This document shows, piece by piece, positions 1 to 10,697 of a DNA stretch of 64,000 nucleotides (positions are counted from its first letter, which is position 1; the number at the start of each line of letters is the position of its first letter). A model generated the notes under the pieces. That model saw only the letters and a list, made by a program, of their open reading frames with translations. It made no database searches and was not told the origin of the DNA. Made by a program: the position numbers and the translations under genes. Source of the stretch: Solirubrobacteraceae bacterium (GTDB lineage: Bacteria; Actinomycetota; Thermoleophilia; Solirubrobacterales; Solirubrobacteraceae). The stretch is from NCBI GenBank assembly GCA_049509055.1, contig JBELAG010000001.1:8895-72894 (forward strand), given 5' to 3'.

Positions 1-1
1 A

Positions 2-1183
2 GCCGAGAGCTCGCTGTCGTCGCCCCGGGTGGCGCTCGTCCACGATTTCCTGCTCGACGTGCGCGGCGCCGAGCGGGTGTTCATCGAGCTGTGCCGGATG
101 TGGCCCGAGGCCCCGATCTACACGGCCGTCTACGACGAGGAGGGGACCGAGGGCCGGTTCGCCGACCGCACCGTCCACAGCTCGTTCCTGCAGGGGCTGC
201 GGCCCTCTGCCCGCACCTTCCGGGTGCTGCTGCCCCTGTATCCGGCGGCGATCGAGTCGTTTGACCTGTCGGGCTACGACCTCGTCGTCTCCAGCTCCTC
301 GGCGTGGGCCCACGCGATCCTGTGCGACGAGCACACCGTCCACGTCAGCTACTGCCACAACCCGTTTCGCTACGCGTGGAACGACCGTGACCAGACGCTC
401 GCCCGGGCGCGCAACCCGGTCGCGCGGGCCTTCCTGCGCGGCGCCTTCCGCCGCTGGCGCCAGTGGGACTGGATCGCGGCCCAGCGGACCGATCGCTACA
501 TCGCCAACTCCGACACGACGCGGGCCAGGATCAAGGCCTACTTCGGGCGGGAGGCGTCGGTCGTGTATCCGCCCGTCGAGACCGCGCGATTCAGCGCCGG
601 GAGGGTGGGCGACCACTACGCGATCGTCTCCGAGCTGATGCCGCACAAGCAGATCGATCTGGCGATCGAGGCGTTCAACGCGCTGGCGCTGCCGCTGATC
701 GTGATCGGCGACGGTCCCGACGCCCGCCGGCTGCGGCGGGACGCGGGCCCCATGATCCACTTCGCCGGCCGCCTCACCGACGCCGCCGTGGCCGAGGTGC
801 TGCAGGGCGCGCGGGCCCTGATCGTGACCGCGGTCGAGGAGTTCGGGATCGCGGCGGTCGAGAGCCAGGCCGCGGGCCGGCCGGTGATCGCCCGTCGCGG
901 CGGCGGGGCCCTGGAGACGATCGTCGACGGGGTCACCGGCTGCTGGTGGTCGGGTGGCGCCGAGGATCTCGCTCGCGCGGTGCTGGAGTTCGATGACGCG
1001 TCGGTCAATCCGCTGGCCTGCGTCCGCAACGCTCATCGCTTCGACACCGCCCAGTTCCGGGACGGGATGTGGGCCGAGGTGGAGGCGGCCACCGAGTCCG
1101 AGATCCGTCCTGCGGCCGGCGACCGGCAGCCGCTGGCGACGACCCGCCTGGTGAGGCGCGCGGCGCGGGACGCCCACCGCTAG
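2..1183 (+). CDS. Glycosyltransferase family 4 (GT-B), probably 5'-partial
   Basis: ALVHD..GAERV N-terminus and EEFGIAAVESQAAGRPVIA GT4 motif. The frame is open from the window start; the ORF track starts at GTG 29. Confidence 0.9.
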   Translation, partial: AESSLSSPRVALVHDFLLDVRGAERVFIELCRMWPEAPIYTAVYDEEGTEGRFADRTVHSSFLQGLRPSARTFRVLLPLYPAAIESFDLSGYDLVVSSSSAWAHAILCDEHTVHVSYCHNPFRYAWNDRDQTLARARNPVARAFLRGAFRRWRQWDWIAAQRTDRYIANSDTTRARIKAYFGREASVVYPPVETARFSAGRVGDHYAIVSELMPHKQIDLAIEAFNALALPLIVIGDGPDARRLRRDAGPMIHFAGRLTDAAVAEVLQGARALIVTAVEEFGIAAVESQAAGRPVIARRGGGALETIVDGVTGCWWSGGAEDLARAVLEFDDASVNPLACVRNAHRFDTAQFRDGMWAEVEAATESEIRPAAGDRQPLATTRLVRRAARDAHR

Positions 1184-1185
1184 CG

Positions 1186-2658
1186 GTGCGCCCCGGCGTC
1201 GCCAACGCCGCGCGCCTCGTTCTGCTCGCCGGGCCGACCGCCCTGGCGTTCTTCGCCGGCGGCTACTTCGACGGTCCGCGGATCTGGGCGGGCCTGGTGG
1301 CCTGGGCGCTCGTGGCCGTCGCAGCGGTCGTCTGCCCGCGGCCGGTGCCCGACTCGCCCGGCGCGATCATCGCGCTCGTCGGGCTCGCGCTGCTGGCGGC
1401 ATGGACGCTGGCGTCGATCGCCTGGGCGCCGGTGGCCGGCAGCGCCTATCACGACGGCCAGCGGATCGTGCTCTACGCCGGGGTGCTGCTGGCGGCCGCC
1501 GCGCTGCTGCGCACCCGCGGCGCGCAGCGCGCGGTGGAGCCCGTGCTGGCGGCGGGCACGCTGGTCGTGATCGGTTACGGCCTGTCGGAGCGCGTCCTGC
1601 CCGGCGTGCTGCACTTCGCCCACTCGGTCAGCGCCCAGGGACGCCTCGAGCAGCCGCTCACCTACTGGAACGCGATGGGCGAGCTGGCGGCGATGGGATT
1701 CGTCCTCGTCGTCCGCCTGGCGGGCGATGACGAGCGCCCCCGCTGGCTGCGTTGCGCGGCCGCCGGCGGCGCCGCGCCGCTCGGCCTCGGCTTGTACCTG
1801 AGCTTCTCCCGCGGCGCGCTGTTCGCGTGTGCGGCCGGCCTGCTGACGCTGATCGTGGTCGCCCCCCAGCGACGCCAGGGCTGGGCGCTGCTGCGCTGCG
1901 TGGCCGCCGGAACCGTCTCGGCGGCGGTGGCGGCGCCGTTTGCCGGCGTGGTGTCGATGTCGGGCTCGGCGACCACGCGGGCGCTGCAGGGCGCGGTGAC
2001 CCTGGTGGCGCTCGTCGTGATCACCGGCGCGAGCGCCAACGCGCAGTGGTGGCTCGCCGAGCGGGAGTTCGCCGGGGACCTGCGGCTGCCCCGCCGCGCG
2101 CCGGCGCTCGCCACGCTGCTCACCTGCGCCGGGCTGGCGCTGGCGATCGTCGTCGGCGCCAAGGAGGGGACCTCGCAGCCGCTGGGTTCCGGGTCCAACC
2201 GGCTGGTCTCGCTGCAGAGCAACCGCTACGCCTACTGGCGCGTCGCCCTGCGGGCGTTCGCCCGGTCGCCGGTGAACGGCGTCGGCGCGGGCGGCTGGGC
2301 CGTCTACTGGCTGAAGTGGCGCCCGTTCGCCGAGGGCGCTCAGGACGCCCATTCGCTGGAACTGCAGACGCTGGCCGAGCTGGGCATCGTCGGTCTGGCG
2401 ATGCTCGCGGCGTTCCTGGCCGGGATCGGCCTGGCCGCGCGGATCGCCCATCGGGTCGCGCCCGCCGCGTCGGCCGGCGCGATCGCCACGTGCGTGGCAT
2501 GGCTTGCCCATTCGCCGCTGGACTGGGACTGGGAGATGCCGGCGGTCACGCTCGTCGCGCTGATCCTCGCGGGGCTGCTGCTGGCGCTTCCCGACCCCCT
2601 CCGCGAACGGCCGGCGCGGACCGTCGCGCGCCGCGCGCCGAACGGCCGAAATGGATAA
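1186..2658 (+). CDS. O-antigen ligase-like (Wzy_C) membrane protein
   Basis: Multi-TM protein with LSFSRG, a late RYAYWRVAL...GVGAGG loop and AHSLELQTLAELGIVG (H-N/S motif). GTG 1186 follows the upstream stop. Confidence 0.8.
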   Translation: MRPGVANAARLVLLAGPTALAFFAGGYFDGPRIWAGLVAWALVAVAAVVCPRPVPDSPGAIIALVGLALLAAWTLASIAWAPVAGSAYHDGQRIVLYAGVLLAAAALLRTRGAQRAVEPVLAAGTLVVIGYGLSERVLPGVLHFAHSVSAQGRLEQPLTYWNAMGELAAMGFVLVVRLAGDDERPRWLRCAAAGGAAPLGLGLYLSFSRGALFACAAGLLTLIVVAPQRRQGWALLRCVAAGTVSAAVAAPFAGVVSMSGSATTRALQGAVTLVALVVITGASANAQWWLAEREFAGDLRLPRRAPALATLLTCAGLALAIVVGAKEGTSQPLGSGSNRLVSLQSNRYAYWRVALRAFARSPVNGVGAGGWAVYWLKWRPFAEGAQDAHSLELQTLAELGIVGLAMLAAFLAGIGLAARIAHRVAPAASAGAIATCVAWLAHSPLDWDWEMPAVTLVALILAGLLLALPDPLRERPARTVARRAPNGRNG

Positions 2659-3070
2659 TCCGTCGATGCCGGTGCTCCGCCTCGCGATCGTCGTCTGGGC
2701 CCTGCTGGCCTGCGCGTGGTTCGCGCTCGGCGCGGTCCAGACCCACGATGAGAACGCGGCGATCGCGCTGATCGATCAGCCGGGAACACCGTCGGCGACG
2801 CAGACCGCTCGGATCCTCGCGCTGCTGCACGGCGCGGCGCGCCTCAATCCCGACCGCAACATCGCGCTGTACCGGTCCCAGGCGCAGACGCGGGCGGGCG
2901 ACAGCGCGGCGGCGGTGCGCACCGCGTTGAGCGTCACGCGGGCCGAGCCGCTGAACATCGACGCGTGGACGGTGCTCGCCTTCGCCGCGCAACGGACCGA
3001 CCCGGCGCAGTCCCGGCGGGCACAGCGCGAGCAGTTGACCCTGGCTCCCCCGGTGCCCGCCGCGCCATGA
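2651..3070 (+). CDS. Small membrane-anchored helical (TPR-like) hypothetical protein
   Basis: N-terminal TM helix followed by AARLNPD / RAEPLNIDAW TPR-like turns. Overlaps the ligase stop. Confidence 0.6.
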   Translation: MDNPSMPVLRLAIVVWALLACAWFALGAVQTHDENAAIALIDQPGTPSATQTARILALLHGAARLNPDRNIALYRSQAQTRAGDSAAAVRTALSVTRAEPLNIDAWTVLAFAAQRTDPAQSRRAQREQLTLAPPVPAAP

Positions 3071-3077
3071 TCCCCGC

Positions 3078-6000
3078 TTGACCGTTCCGGCGCAGCCGGT
3101 GGCGACCGCGCAGGCCAGGCCGGCGAACCGCGGCAGCGCCCGCGCCATGCGGGCGCGGGCGCTCGTCGGCGACCGCGCGATCACGCTGTGGTTTGTCGCG
3201 TTCTCGTTCGCGCTGGCCTTCTGGCAACGCCCGGGCTGGGCGACGGCCGACACGAAGATCGATCTGCACGTCGATCCCGGGCAGTTCCTCTCCCAGGTGG
3301 CATCGGCGTGGACGTCGACCGGCGATCTCGGCGAGGTCCACAGCGCGCAGTACAGCGGCTATCTCTGGCCGATGGGGCCGTTCTTCGCCGCCGTCCACGC
3401 GATCGGGATCTCCGACTGGGTCGCCGAGCGGCTCTGGCTCGGGCTGCTGTTCGCGCTCTCGGCGTGGGGGATGCTCAAGCTCCTCGACGTCCTCGTCGGC
3501 CGGCCCCGGGGCGCGGTGCACGTCGTGGCGGGCGCCTTCTACCTGCTCAACCCCTATGTCGTCGTGTTCACCGCCCGCACGAGCATCACGCTGCTGGGCT
3601 ACGCCGCGCTGCCGTGGCTGTTGCTGATCACCTTCCACGGGATCAAGGCGACGCGCGCCCGGCGCTCCTGGCGAAGCTGGTGGTGGGCGGCGGGCTTCGC
3701 CCTGATCCTCACCTCCACCGGCGGCGGCGTCAACGCGGCCGTGGTCGGCTGGATGCTGTTCGGGCCGCTGGTGCTGGCGATCTACGAGCCGGCGATCGGC
3801 AACGCCCGCTGGCGCGACAGCGCCGCGTTCCTGGTGCGCGTGGGCATCCTCGGGCTGCTCGCCTCGGCCTGGTGGATCGTGCCGGTGCTCGTGCACGTGC
3901 GCTTCGGGATCGACTTCCTCCAGTTCACCGAGCAGCCGGCGACGATCTGGGGCACCAACAGCCTGACCGAGTCGCTGCGGCTGATGGGCTACTGGACCTC
4001 CTACATCGGGGTCGGCTTCGGCGTCAGCCGCCCGTTCTTCAGCGACGGCGCGACGCTGCTGTTCAACCCGCTGGTGGTCGGCGCGTCGCTGCTGATCCCC
4101 GCGCTCGCGGTCGCCGGCTTCGTGCGCGCCCGGCGCCTGAGCTACGCCCCGTTCCTGCTGGCGCTCGTGGTCGTCGGGGTGGTGATCGAGACCGCCGGAT
4201 TCCCCGACGGCACGCCGGTGCGCGGGACGATGGTGTGGATCTACGAGCACATCTTCGTGCTCAGCTTCATGCGCACCACCAACAAGGCGGCGCCGCTGGT
4301 CGCGGTCGGGGTGGCGGGCCTGCTCGGGCTCGGCGTCCGCGCCGCGCTGGCCTGGCTGCGCCAGCGGCCGACGGCGCGACTGCGCCGCGGCGGGCCGGTG
4401 GCGGTCGCGGTCGCCGTGACCGCGCTGATCGTGCTCGCCGCGCTCCCGCTGGTCCGCGGCGGCGCGATCGACACCCAGCTCTCGTTCAAGCGCATCCCCG
4501 CCGGCTGGACGCAGGCCGCGACGGGCCTTGACCGCTCGCTGCCCGCCAACACGCGGGCGATCGTGCTCCCCGGCCAGATCTTCGCCTACTACAACTGGGG
4601 CGGCTCGCTGGATGCGATCCTGCCGCGGCTCACCACCCGGCCGGTCGCGGTGCGCTACGAGACGCCGTACTCCGATCTGCACGCCGACGACCTGCTGATC
4701 ACCGTCGACGATCTCGTCCAGCAGGACCGCCTCGTCCCCGGGGAGCTCACGCCCCTGCTGCGGCTGATGGGGGTCGGCGCGGTGATCACCGGGGCCGACG
4801 ACGACATCTCGCGCAGCGGCGCCCTCGATCCCAACGCCGCGGCCGGCGTGCTGGCGGGGCAGGGACTGCGCACGCCGAACGCCGCCTACGGCGTCGTCAA
4901 GCCGCATCCGGCGGCCGCCGGTGACATCGGCCCGACGGTCGAGCTGCCGGAGGTTCGCCGCTACGACGTCGCCGGCGCGCGCGGGATCGTCCACCTGGAC
5001 CCGGCCGCCGCGCCGACCGTGGTCGACGGCAGCGCCCAGTCGCTGGCCGAGATGGCGGCGTTCGGCACGCTGCCCGCTGCCGCGCCGATCTTCTACGCCG
5101 GCGATCAGTCCGAGGCGCAGCTGCGGTCCCTCGCCGCCCAGGGGGCGAACCTCGTCGTCGGCGACTCCAACCGCCGGCAGGAGTTCCTGCCCGAGTCCAC
5201 GCAGCAGAACCTCGGCGTCACCCTGCCGTCCGATCAGTCGATCCCGGTCAACGCCGCCGACCTCGACCCCTTCGCGTCGGCCGCAGGCGCCGCCCAGACG
5301 GTCGCCGCGCTGCGGGGCGCCCGCTACCTGGACGCTCCCAGCGAGCCTGGCGAGCTGCAGTTCCCCGAGGCCGCGCCGATCGCCGCGTTCGACGGCAACC
5401 TCCAGACGGCGTGGGCGGCCGACCGCAACCTGCCGGTGTTCGATCGCTGGATCCAGATCGGCTTCGACGCCCCCCGGGCGGTGCCCTACGTGCGGGTGTA
5501 CCCGCTCGACGACAGCCACGGCGCCGTGACCGAGGTCGACGTCAACGGGATCGACCACGCCGTCGGCCCCGGCTGGACGACGATCCCCCTGCACCTGCGG
5601 TCGGTCAGCGCGCTGCGGCTGACGATCACCGGGCTGCGCCAGCCCCGCACCGGCGAGGCGAGCGCCGGCGGCTTCCGCGAGGTCCGGATTCCCGGCTTCC
5701 ACGTCACCGAGTACCTGCGGGCGCCGGTCGTGATCGGCCGCGACCTGGCGGGCGTCGATCTCGCCCACGACAGCCTCAGCTACCTGCTGGCGCGCACGAC
5801 CGGCGACGAGCCGTTTGATCGCAACGTCGGCGGCGTCGACACGCTGCTCGACGATCCGTCGGACCGGGGCGACGCCGAGGCGCAGATCCAGCGGATCGTC
5901 TTCGCCCCCGTCACGCGCGCCTATGCGGCCTCGGCGTGGGTCTATCCCGCCGTCGGCACGCCCGACTCCACGCTCGACCGCCTCGCCGGCTACCGCGGAC

Positions 6001-7382
6001 CCGACGTGTTCGACTCCTCCGGCCGCTTTCAGGATCAGCCCGCCTACCGCGCGTCCAGCGCCTTCGCCGCCGGCTCGCGGGTGGGCTGGATCGGCGTCTG
6101 GCGACCCGGTGCGCCCGCGCCCTGGATCTCGTGGAGCACTCCGCGGGCGCTGACCGTCTCGCGGCTGACGATCGCGCCGTCGGCGATGGTCGTCCGCCGT
6201 GCCACGCGAGTGGCGCTCAGCTTCAGCGGCGGCGCGACGGGACCGCTCGTGGTCGGGCCCGGCGGCACGGTGACGCTGCCCCGTCCGGTCACCGCCCGCG
6301 CCTTCCGGCTGACGATCCTGTCGGCCGCCTTCCCGGCCGGTGCCACCGCGCAGCAGCGCCAGGCCCTGGCGGTGGGGATCGGCGCCCTGTCGGTGCCGGG
6401 GATTCCCGCGGTCTCGATCCCCATCGCCGGCGCGCTGCACGCCCCGTGCGGCACCGTCGCGATCGCCGTCGACGGGCGCTCGGTCGCGATGGCGCCGGTC
6501 GGCACCGTCGCCCAGCTTGACGCCGGGCGGCCGCTGCCCGCCCGCGCCTGTGCCCCGGTCTCGATGGCCGCGGGCGTCGCGCAGATCAGCTCGCTGCCCG
6601 GTCCGTTCAGCGTCGATCTGCTACGGCTGGCCTCGGCGGCGCCGTCGCCCCTGGCGCCCGCCACGGCTGCGACCGCCGCGGCCGGGCGGCTGCTCGACCC
6701 CGGCCGGATCGGCAACAGCACGGTCAGTGGCGTGCGCGTCACGCTGAGCGCTCCGACCTGGCTGGTGCTCGGCGAGAGCTACGACGCCGGCTGGCAGGCG
6801 AGCTGCAACGGCCGCTCGCTCGGGGCCCCGCGCGTGATCGACGGCTACGCCAACGGCTGGCTCGCGCCGGCCGGCTGCACAAGCGTGACGTTCACTTTCG
6901 GGCCGCAGGCGGGCATCAACCGCAGCTATGCGCTCTCGGCGGTGGCGTGCGCCGTGATGCTCCTGCTGCTGGTGATCGGCGCCTGGCGCGCCCCGGCGGC
7001 CGCCACCGTCCCGCGCGACGCGCTCCGGCGCCTGCCACCGTGGACCGGCGGCCCGGTATCGCTGCCCCGGGCGGCGCTGTTGGCGCTGATCGCGTCGATC
7101 CCACTCGGTTACCTGTTCGCCATCCGCGCGGGGCTCGGGCTGTTCGCGCTGCTGACCTTCGTGCTGTGGCGCGGCTACCGCCCCCGGACGCTCGCGCTCG
7201 CCGCGGCGGCGATGCTCGGGATCGCCGTGCCGGTCGCCTACCTGATCGGCTCCCCGCACAACCAGGGCGGCTACGGCTTTGCCTACAGCACCCAGACGAT
7301 CGGCGCGCACTGGATCGGCGTGGCGGCGATCGTCCTGCTCAGCCTCGTCCTGTGGCGGCTCATTCGCGCCCGCGCTCGATGA
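3078..7382 (+). CDS. aftD: AftD-like / DUF3367 GT-C glycosyltransferase with F5/8-type-C-like extracellular domains (paralogue 1)
   Basis: 1434 aa. QRPGWATADTKIDL, YLWPMGPFF, LLGYAALPW, ESLRLMGYW, AAFDGNLQTAW, GYANGW. Size and motifs match the AftD family. Confidence 0.85.
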   Translation: MTVPAQPVATAQARPANRGSARAMRARALVGDRAITLWFVAFSFALAFWQRPGWATADTKIDLHVDPGQFLSQVASAWTSTGDLGEVHSAQYSGYLWPMGPFFAAVHAIGISDWVAERLWLGLLFALSAWGMLKLLDVLVGRPRGAVHVVAGAFYLLNPYVVVFTARTSITLLGYAALPWLLLITFHGIKATRARRSWRSWWWAAGFALILTSTGGGVNAAVVGWMLFGPLVLAIYEPAIGNARWRDSAAFLVRVGILGLLASAWWIVPVLVHVRFGIDFLQFTEQPATIWGTNSLTESLRLMGYWTSYIGVGFGVSRPFFSDGATLLFNPLVVGASLLIPALAVAGFVRARRLSYAPFLLALVVVGVVIETAGFPDGTPVRGTMVWIYEHIFVLSFMRTTNKAAPLVAVGVAGLLGLGVRAALAWLRQRPTARLRRGGPVAVAVAVTALIVLAALPLVRGGAIDTQLSFKRIPAGWTQAATGLDRSLPANTRAIVLPGQIFAYYNWGGSLDAILPRLTTRPVAVRYETPYSDLHADDLLITVDDLVQQDRLVPGELTPLLRLMGVGAVITGADDDISRSGALDPNAAAGVLAGQGLRTPNAAYGVVKPHPAAAGDIGPTVELPEVRRYDVAGARGIVHLDPAAAPTVVDGSAQSLAEMAAFGTLPAAAPIFYAGDQSEAQLRSLAAQGANLVVGDSNRRQEFLPESTQQNLGVTLPSDQSIPVNAADLDPFASAAGAAQTVAALRGARYLDAPSEPGELQFPEAAPIAAFDGNLQTAWAADRNLPVFDRWIQIGFDAPRAVPYVRVYPLDDSHGAVTEVDVNGIDHAVGPGWTTIPLHLRSVSALRLTITGLRQPRTGEASAGGFREVRIPGFHVTEYLRAPVVIGRDLAGVDLAHDSLSYLLARTTGDEPFDRNVGGVDTLLDDPSDRGDAEAQIQRIVFAPVTRAYAASAWVYPAVGTPDSTLDRLAGYRGPDVFDSSGRFQDQPAYRASSAFAAGSRVGWIGVWRPGAPAPWISWSTPRALTVSRLTIAPSAMVVRRATRVALSFSGGATGPLVVGPGGTVTLPRPVTARAFRLTILSAAFPAGATAQQRQALAVGIGALSVPGIPAVSIPIAGALHAPCGTVAIAVDGRSVAMAPVGTVAQLDAGRPLPARACAPVSMAAGVAQISSLPGPFSVDLLRLASAAPSPLAPATAATAAAGRLLDPGRIGNSTVSGVRVTLSAPTWLVLGESYDAGWQASCNGRSLGAPRVIDGYANGWLAPAGCTSVTFTFGPQAGINRSYALSAVACAVMLLLLVIGAWRAPAAATVPRDALRRLPPWTGGPVSLPRAALLALIASIPLGYLFAIRAGLGLFALLTFVLWRGYRPRTLALAAAAMLGIAVPVAYLIGSPHNQGGYGFAYSTQTIGAHWIGVAAIVLLSLVLWRLIRARAR

Positions 7383-8103
7383 ACGCGAAGACGACCCCGC
7401 GCGCGCTGTAGAGCAGGAAGTCGTAGGGCGCGGTCCACACGAGCGCGGGCTCGGCCTCGTGCCAGCGCGTCTCGCCCCCGGCGCGGCGCAGGGCGGCGAT
7501 CGCGGTCGTCGCGATCGTGCCGTCGCGCAGGGCGGCGTCGAACGCCGGGTTGTAGCCGACCGGCACGGTGATCACCAGCAGCCCGCCGGGAGCCAGCCGC
7601 TCGCGCAGCGCGGCCACCGCGGCGGCCGCCTTGCCGGGGTCGCGCGGCTGCTCGTCGAAGCCGACATGCTCGAGCGTGGAGATCGCCACGATCAGGTCGA
7701 ACGGCCCGAGGTCGGCGACGTCGGTCGCGTCGCGGTTGAGGACCCCTGCCGAACGCTCGTACTTGTCGATCACGAGGTGTGACTGCGGCCGGTAGTGGCC
7801 GAGCACGTGGCCCACCTCGAGGATCCGCGCCCCCGAGTGGCGGTCGACGATCGACTGCACGACCGGCACCTCGACGGCGCGCTCGGTCAGCCACGTGCGC
7901 TTGTAGGGGTGATAGAGGTAACGATGGGTCTCGCCCCGGAAGGCGAAGCGACGGTGGGCGCCCGCCAGCGACCAGGGCGTCCCGGCGATCCACCGGCATC
8001 CCCAGCGCGCCAGGTCGCCGATCACCGGCCGCGGCCCCCGGGCCCGGATCGCGCGGCGGGTGCGGGGGCCCAGCGCCTGCGGTTGGTAGCCGTCGGAGAG
8101 CAT
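7360..8103 (-). CDS. Class I SAM-dependent methyltransferase-like protein
   Basis: ILEVGHVLG motif I variant, FDLIVAISTLEHVG, LAPGGLLVITVP. ATG at 8103 overlaps the upstream stop. Confidence 0.75.
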   Translation of the reverse strand: MLSDGYQPQALGPRTRRAIRARGPRPVIGDLARWGCRWIAGTPWSLAGAHRRFAFRGETHRYLYHPYKRTWLTERAVEVPVVQSIVDRHSGARILEVGHVLGHYRPQSHLVIDKYERSAGVLNRDATDVADLGPFDLIVAISTLEHVGFDEQPRDPGKAAAAVAALRERLAPGGLLVITVPVGYNPAFDAALRDGTIATTAIAALRRAGGETRWHEAEPALVWTAPYDFLLYSARGVVFAFIERGRE

Positions 8104-10649
8104 CAGGCGTCTGCCCGGCGCCGGCGTGCGGCGATCGGCACGCTGGCCGCCGCGGCGATCAGGCCGAGCGCGCACAGCAGCGTGATCACCACCCCGATCG
8201 TCCAGCTCGCCGGCTGATACGTGAACACGATCGTGTGGCTCCCCGGCCCGACGCTGACGCCGCGCAGCAGGTAGTCGACGCGCCTGACGGTCGCCGGGCG
8301 GCCGTCGACGGTCGCGCTCCAGCCCGGATAGGAGTCGTCGGTGAGCACCACCAGGCTGCGCGCGGTCGCCGTCGCGTGGATCACGATCCGCTCCGCGCCA
8401 TAGGACGCCAGCCGCGCGCCGGCACCGGCCGGTGCCGGCGCTGAAGTGGACTGCGGCAGGCCCGCCAGCGGCGCCTCGGTGACCGCCACGCCGCGGCGAT
8501 CGAAGCCCGGGGCGGTGACCGCATCCAGCGCCGCGGCGTCGCCTTGCACGGTCTGCTGGTGGTCGACGACGAACACCCGCGGCAGCGCGTCGGCGTTGGC
8601 GTAGACGACGCCGTCATCGCCGCGGTAGGCGACGGTCAGGCCCGGGCCGCGAAGCGGCGACGCGACCGCCTGCAGCGGGCCGACCAGCAGATCGGACACG
8701 CTGAGCAGGTCGAGCGCGCGCAGCGACGCCGGCGTCGCGGAGGCGAACTCCTCGGGTTGGGTGAGCGCGCCGGTCCCGGGCGCCACGTCGCGGCGCCACA
8801 GGGCGTTGAGGCGCTTCTCGACCGGGAAGTCATAGCCGCGGGCGTCGTAGAGGCCGAAGTGCATCGCCAGGTCGGCGGGCAGCGGCTGGGTGAGCTCGAG
8901 CGTGCTGACCCCGATGAAGCGGTTGGGCCTCTGGCGCTGGAGGTAGCGGATCGCGCCGGTGACCGGCGGCGTCGCGTTCCGGATCGGGATCGCCGGGTTG
9001 AAGCCCATGTTGGCGCGGAACAGGTCGGCGGCGAGCAGCACCACGGTGAGCCCGACGAACACCTCGACCGCCAGCGGGCGGCGGGAGCGCAGCCGCGCCG
9101 CGATCAGCGCCAGGCCGGCGGCCGCCGGCGGCAGCCAGATCTCCAGCGAGCTGTCGCGGACGATCGCGCCGGTGAGCGTGAACTCGGCGTCGACGCCGGC
9201 CGGCGGCACCGGCGGATGCGCAAAGCCCCACGCCACCTTCAGGCCGGCCCACAGCTCGTGCAGGTTCAGCGTTCCGGCGACGGCCATCCACGCGATCGGC
9301 AGGCAGACGATCGCGCCCGCGGCGCCGATCACCGCGCGCCGGCCGATCCGGCTGGGGAGCTGCAGCGCGCTGAGGTCGTCGAGCCCCCAACCGGCGAGCA
9401 GCCCGAGGCTGAGCAGCACGTAGATCAGCAGCCGCTCGTTGTGGGCGGCGTCGAACCCGGGGAGCGCCGAGACGATGCCGAACACGGGCGGGATCCCCAC
9501 CACCATGCACACGCAGAACAGGGCGTAGGCGACGATCGCGATCCGCTCAGCGCTGCGGCGGAGGATCAGCGCGGCGGCGACGAGCATCAGCGTGACCGCG
9601 CCGGCGTACCAGCCCCGCACCTGCATGAACGACTCCAGGTCGATCTGCGTCGGCCGGCCCCAGTAGTCGTGCAGGAACAGCGCGCCCAGATACTTGCGCG
9701 GCCAGAAGCCGGCCGCCTGGTTGACGCGCTGGGCGAGGTCGCCGGAGTGCAGCACGAACTCCGCGAACGGCGCGAGCACGAGCGCCGCCAGGCCGGTGCC
9801 CGCGACGAGCGCGAGCACGAACGCGCCGGTCGGCGCCAGCAGGCTGCGCGCGCCGGCGCCCGCGCGATGGCGGTGCAGCAGCGCCCGGAAGACGAAGAAC
9901 ACCACCGTGGTGAACAGCAGATGGAAGCTCGATTCGGGGTGACCGCCGAGGAACTGCAGGCCGACGACCGCGGCCAGCCCGGCGACGGTCAGCCGCGCCG
10001 GGCGCCGGACGAGAAGCTCGGTGAGCGCGAGCGTCCACCCGATGAAGGCATAGACGCTGCTCAGCGGCCAGGCCAGCCAGACGACGAAGAACGTCCCGAA
10101 AGCGAACACCACCCCGCTCAGCAGGGCGCCCCCGAAGCGCATCCCGAGCACGCGGGCGAGCACGAACGTCCCCAGCGCGCCGAGGAACAGCTTGAGCATC
10201 GCCGCGACGGCGAGCGACTTCCAGAACGGCAGCACGTAGGACGGCACGCTGAACGGCGAGAACACCGCCGACTGGCCGTCGGCCAGCAGCGGGCGCCCGG
10301 CCATGATGTAGGGGTTCCAGAGCGGGACTCCGGGGAGCTGGGAGCGGGTGTACTGCAGCATCGGCTGGAACACGTTGGAGGCGTCGGCGAGCTCGAAGTT
10401 GGTGCCCAGCCCGGGCACGTCGGCGGGCTTGGAGCTCTGCCACGGGACCGAGCTCAGCAGCGAGTCAGAGCTCGACAGGGTCCGTCCCGGCAGCAGTCCC
10501 TGGCCGACCATCAGCAGCGACAGCAGCGCATAGACGAGCGCGGCGGCGAGGGTGGGGCGGGCGGCCGCGAGCCGCAGGACGCGCTCCAGGGCCGGTGCTC
10601 GGGGGCCGGCGCGGAACGCCCGCGCGGCCGGCGTCGGGGCACTGGGCAC
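8103..10649 (-). CDS. YfhO-family GT-C membrane glycosyltransferase
   Basis: PLWNPYIMAGRPLLAD, QFLGGHPES, C-terminal DSYPGWSATVDG...GPGSHTIVFTYQP. Start placed at GTG 10649 (the ORF track over-extends it). Confidence 0.8.
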   Translation of the reverse strand: MPSAPTPAARAFRAGPRAPALERVLRLAAARPTLAAALVYALLSLLMVGQGLLPGRTLSSSDSLLSSVPWQSSKPADVPGLGTNFELADASNVFQPMLQYTRSQLPGVPLWNPYIMAGRPLLADGQSAVFSPFSVPSYVLPFWKSLAVAAMLKLFLGALGTFVLARVLGMRFGGALLSGVVFAFGTFFVVWLAWPLSSVYAFIGWTLALTELLVRRPARLTVAGLAAVVGLQFLGGHPESSFHLLFTTVVFFVFRALLHRHRAGAGARSLLAPTGAFVLALVAGTGLAALVLAPFAEFVLHSGDLAQRVNQAAGFWPRKYLGALFLHDYWGRPTQIDLESFMQVRGWYAGAVTLMLVAAALILRRSAERIAIVAYALFCVCMVVGIPPVFGIVSALPGFDAAHNERLLIYVLLSLGLLAGWGLDDLSALQLPSRIGRRAVIGAAGAIVCLPIAWMAVAGTLNLHELWAGLKVAWGFAHPPVPPAGVDAEFTLTGAIVRDSSLEIWLPPAAAGLALIAARLRSRRPLAVEVFVGLTVVLLAADLFRANMGFNPAIPIRNATPPVTGAIRYLQRQRPNRFIGVSTLELTQPLPADLAMHFGLYDARGYDFPVEKRLNALWRRDVAPGTGALTQPEEFASATPASLRALDLLSVSDLLVGPLQAVASPLRGPGLTVAYRGDDGVVYANADALPRVFVVDHQQTVQGDAAALDAVTAPGFDRRGVAVTEAPLAGLPQSTSAPAPAGAGARLASYGAERIVIHATATARSLVVLTDDSYPGWSATVDGRPATVRRVDYLLRGVSVGPGSHTIVFTYQPASWTIGVVITLLCALGLIAAAASVPIAARRRRADA

Positions 10650-10697
10650 GGCGTGATCGTATCTGCCCTCCCGCGGCGTCAGGTAGCCTCCGGCCGC

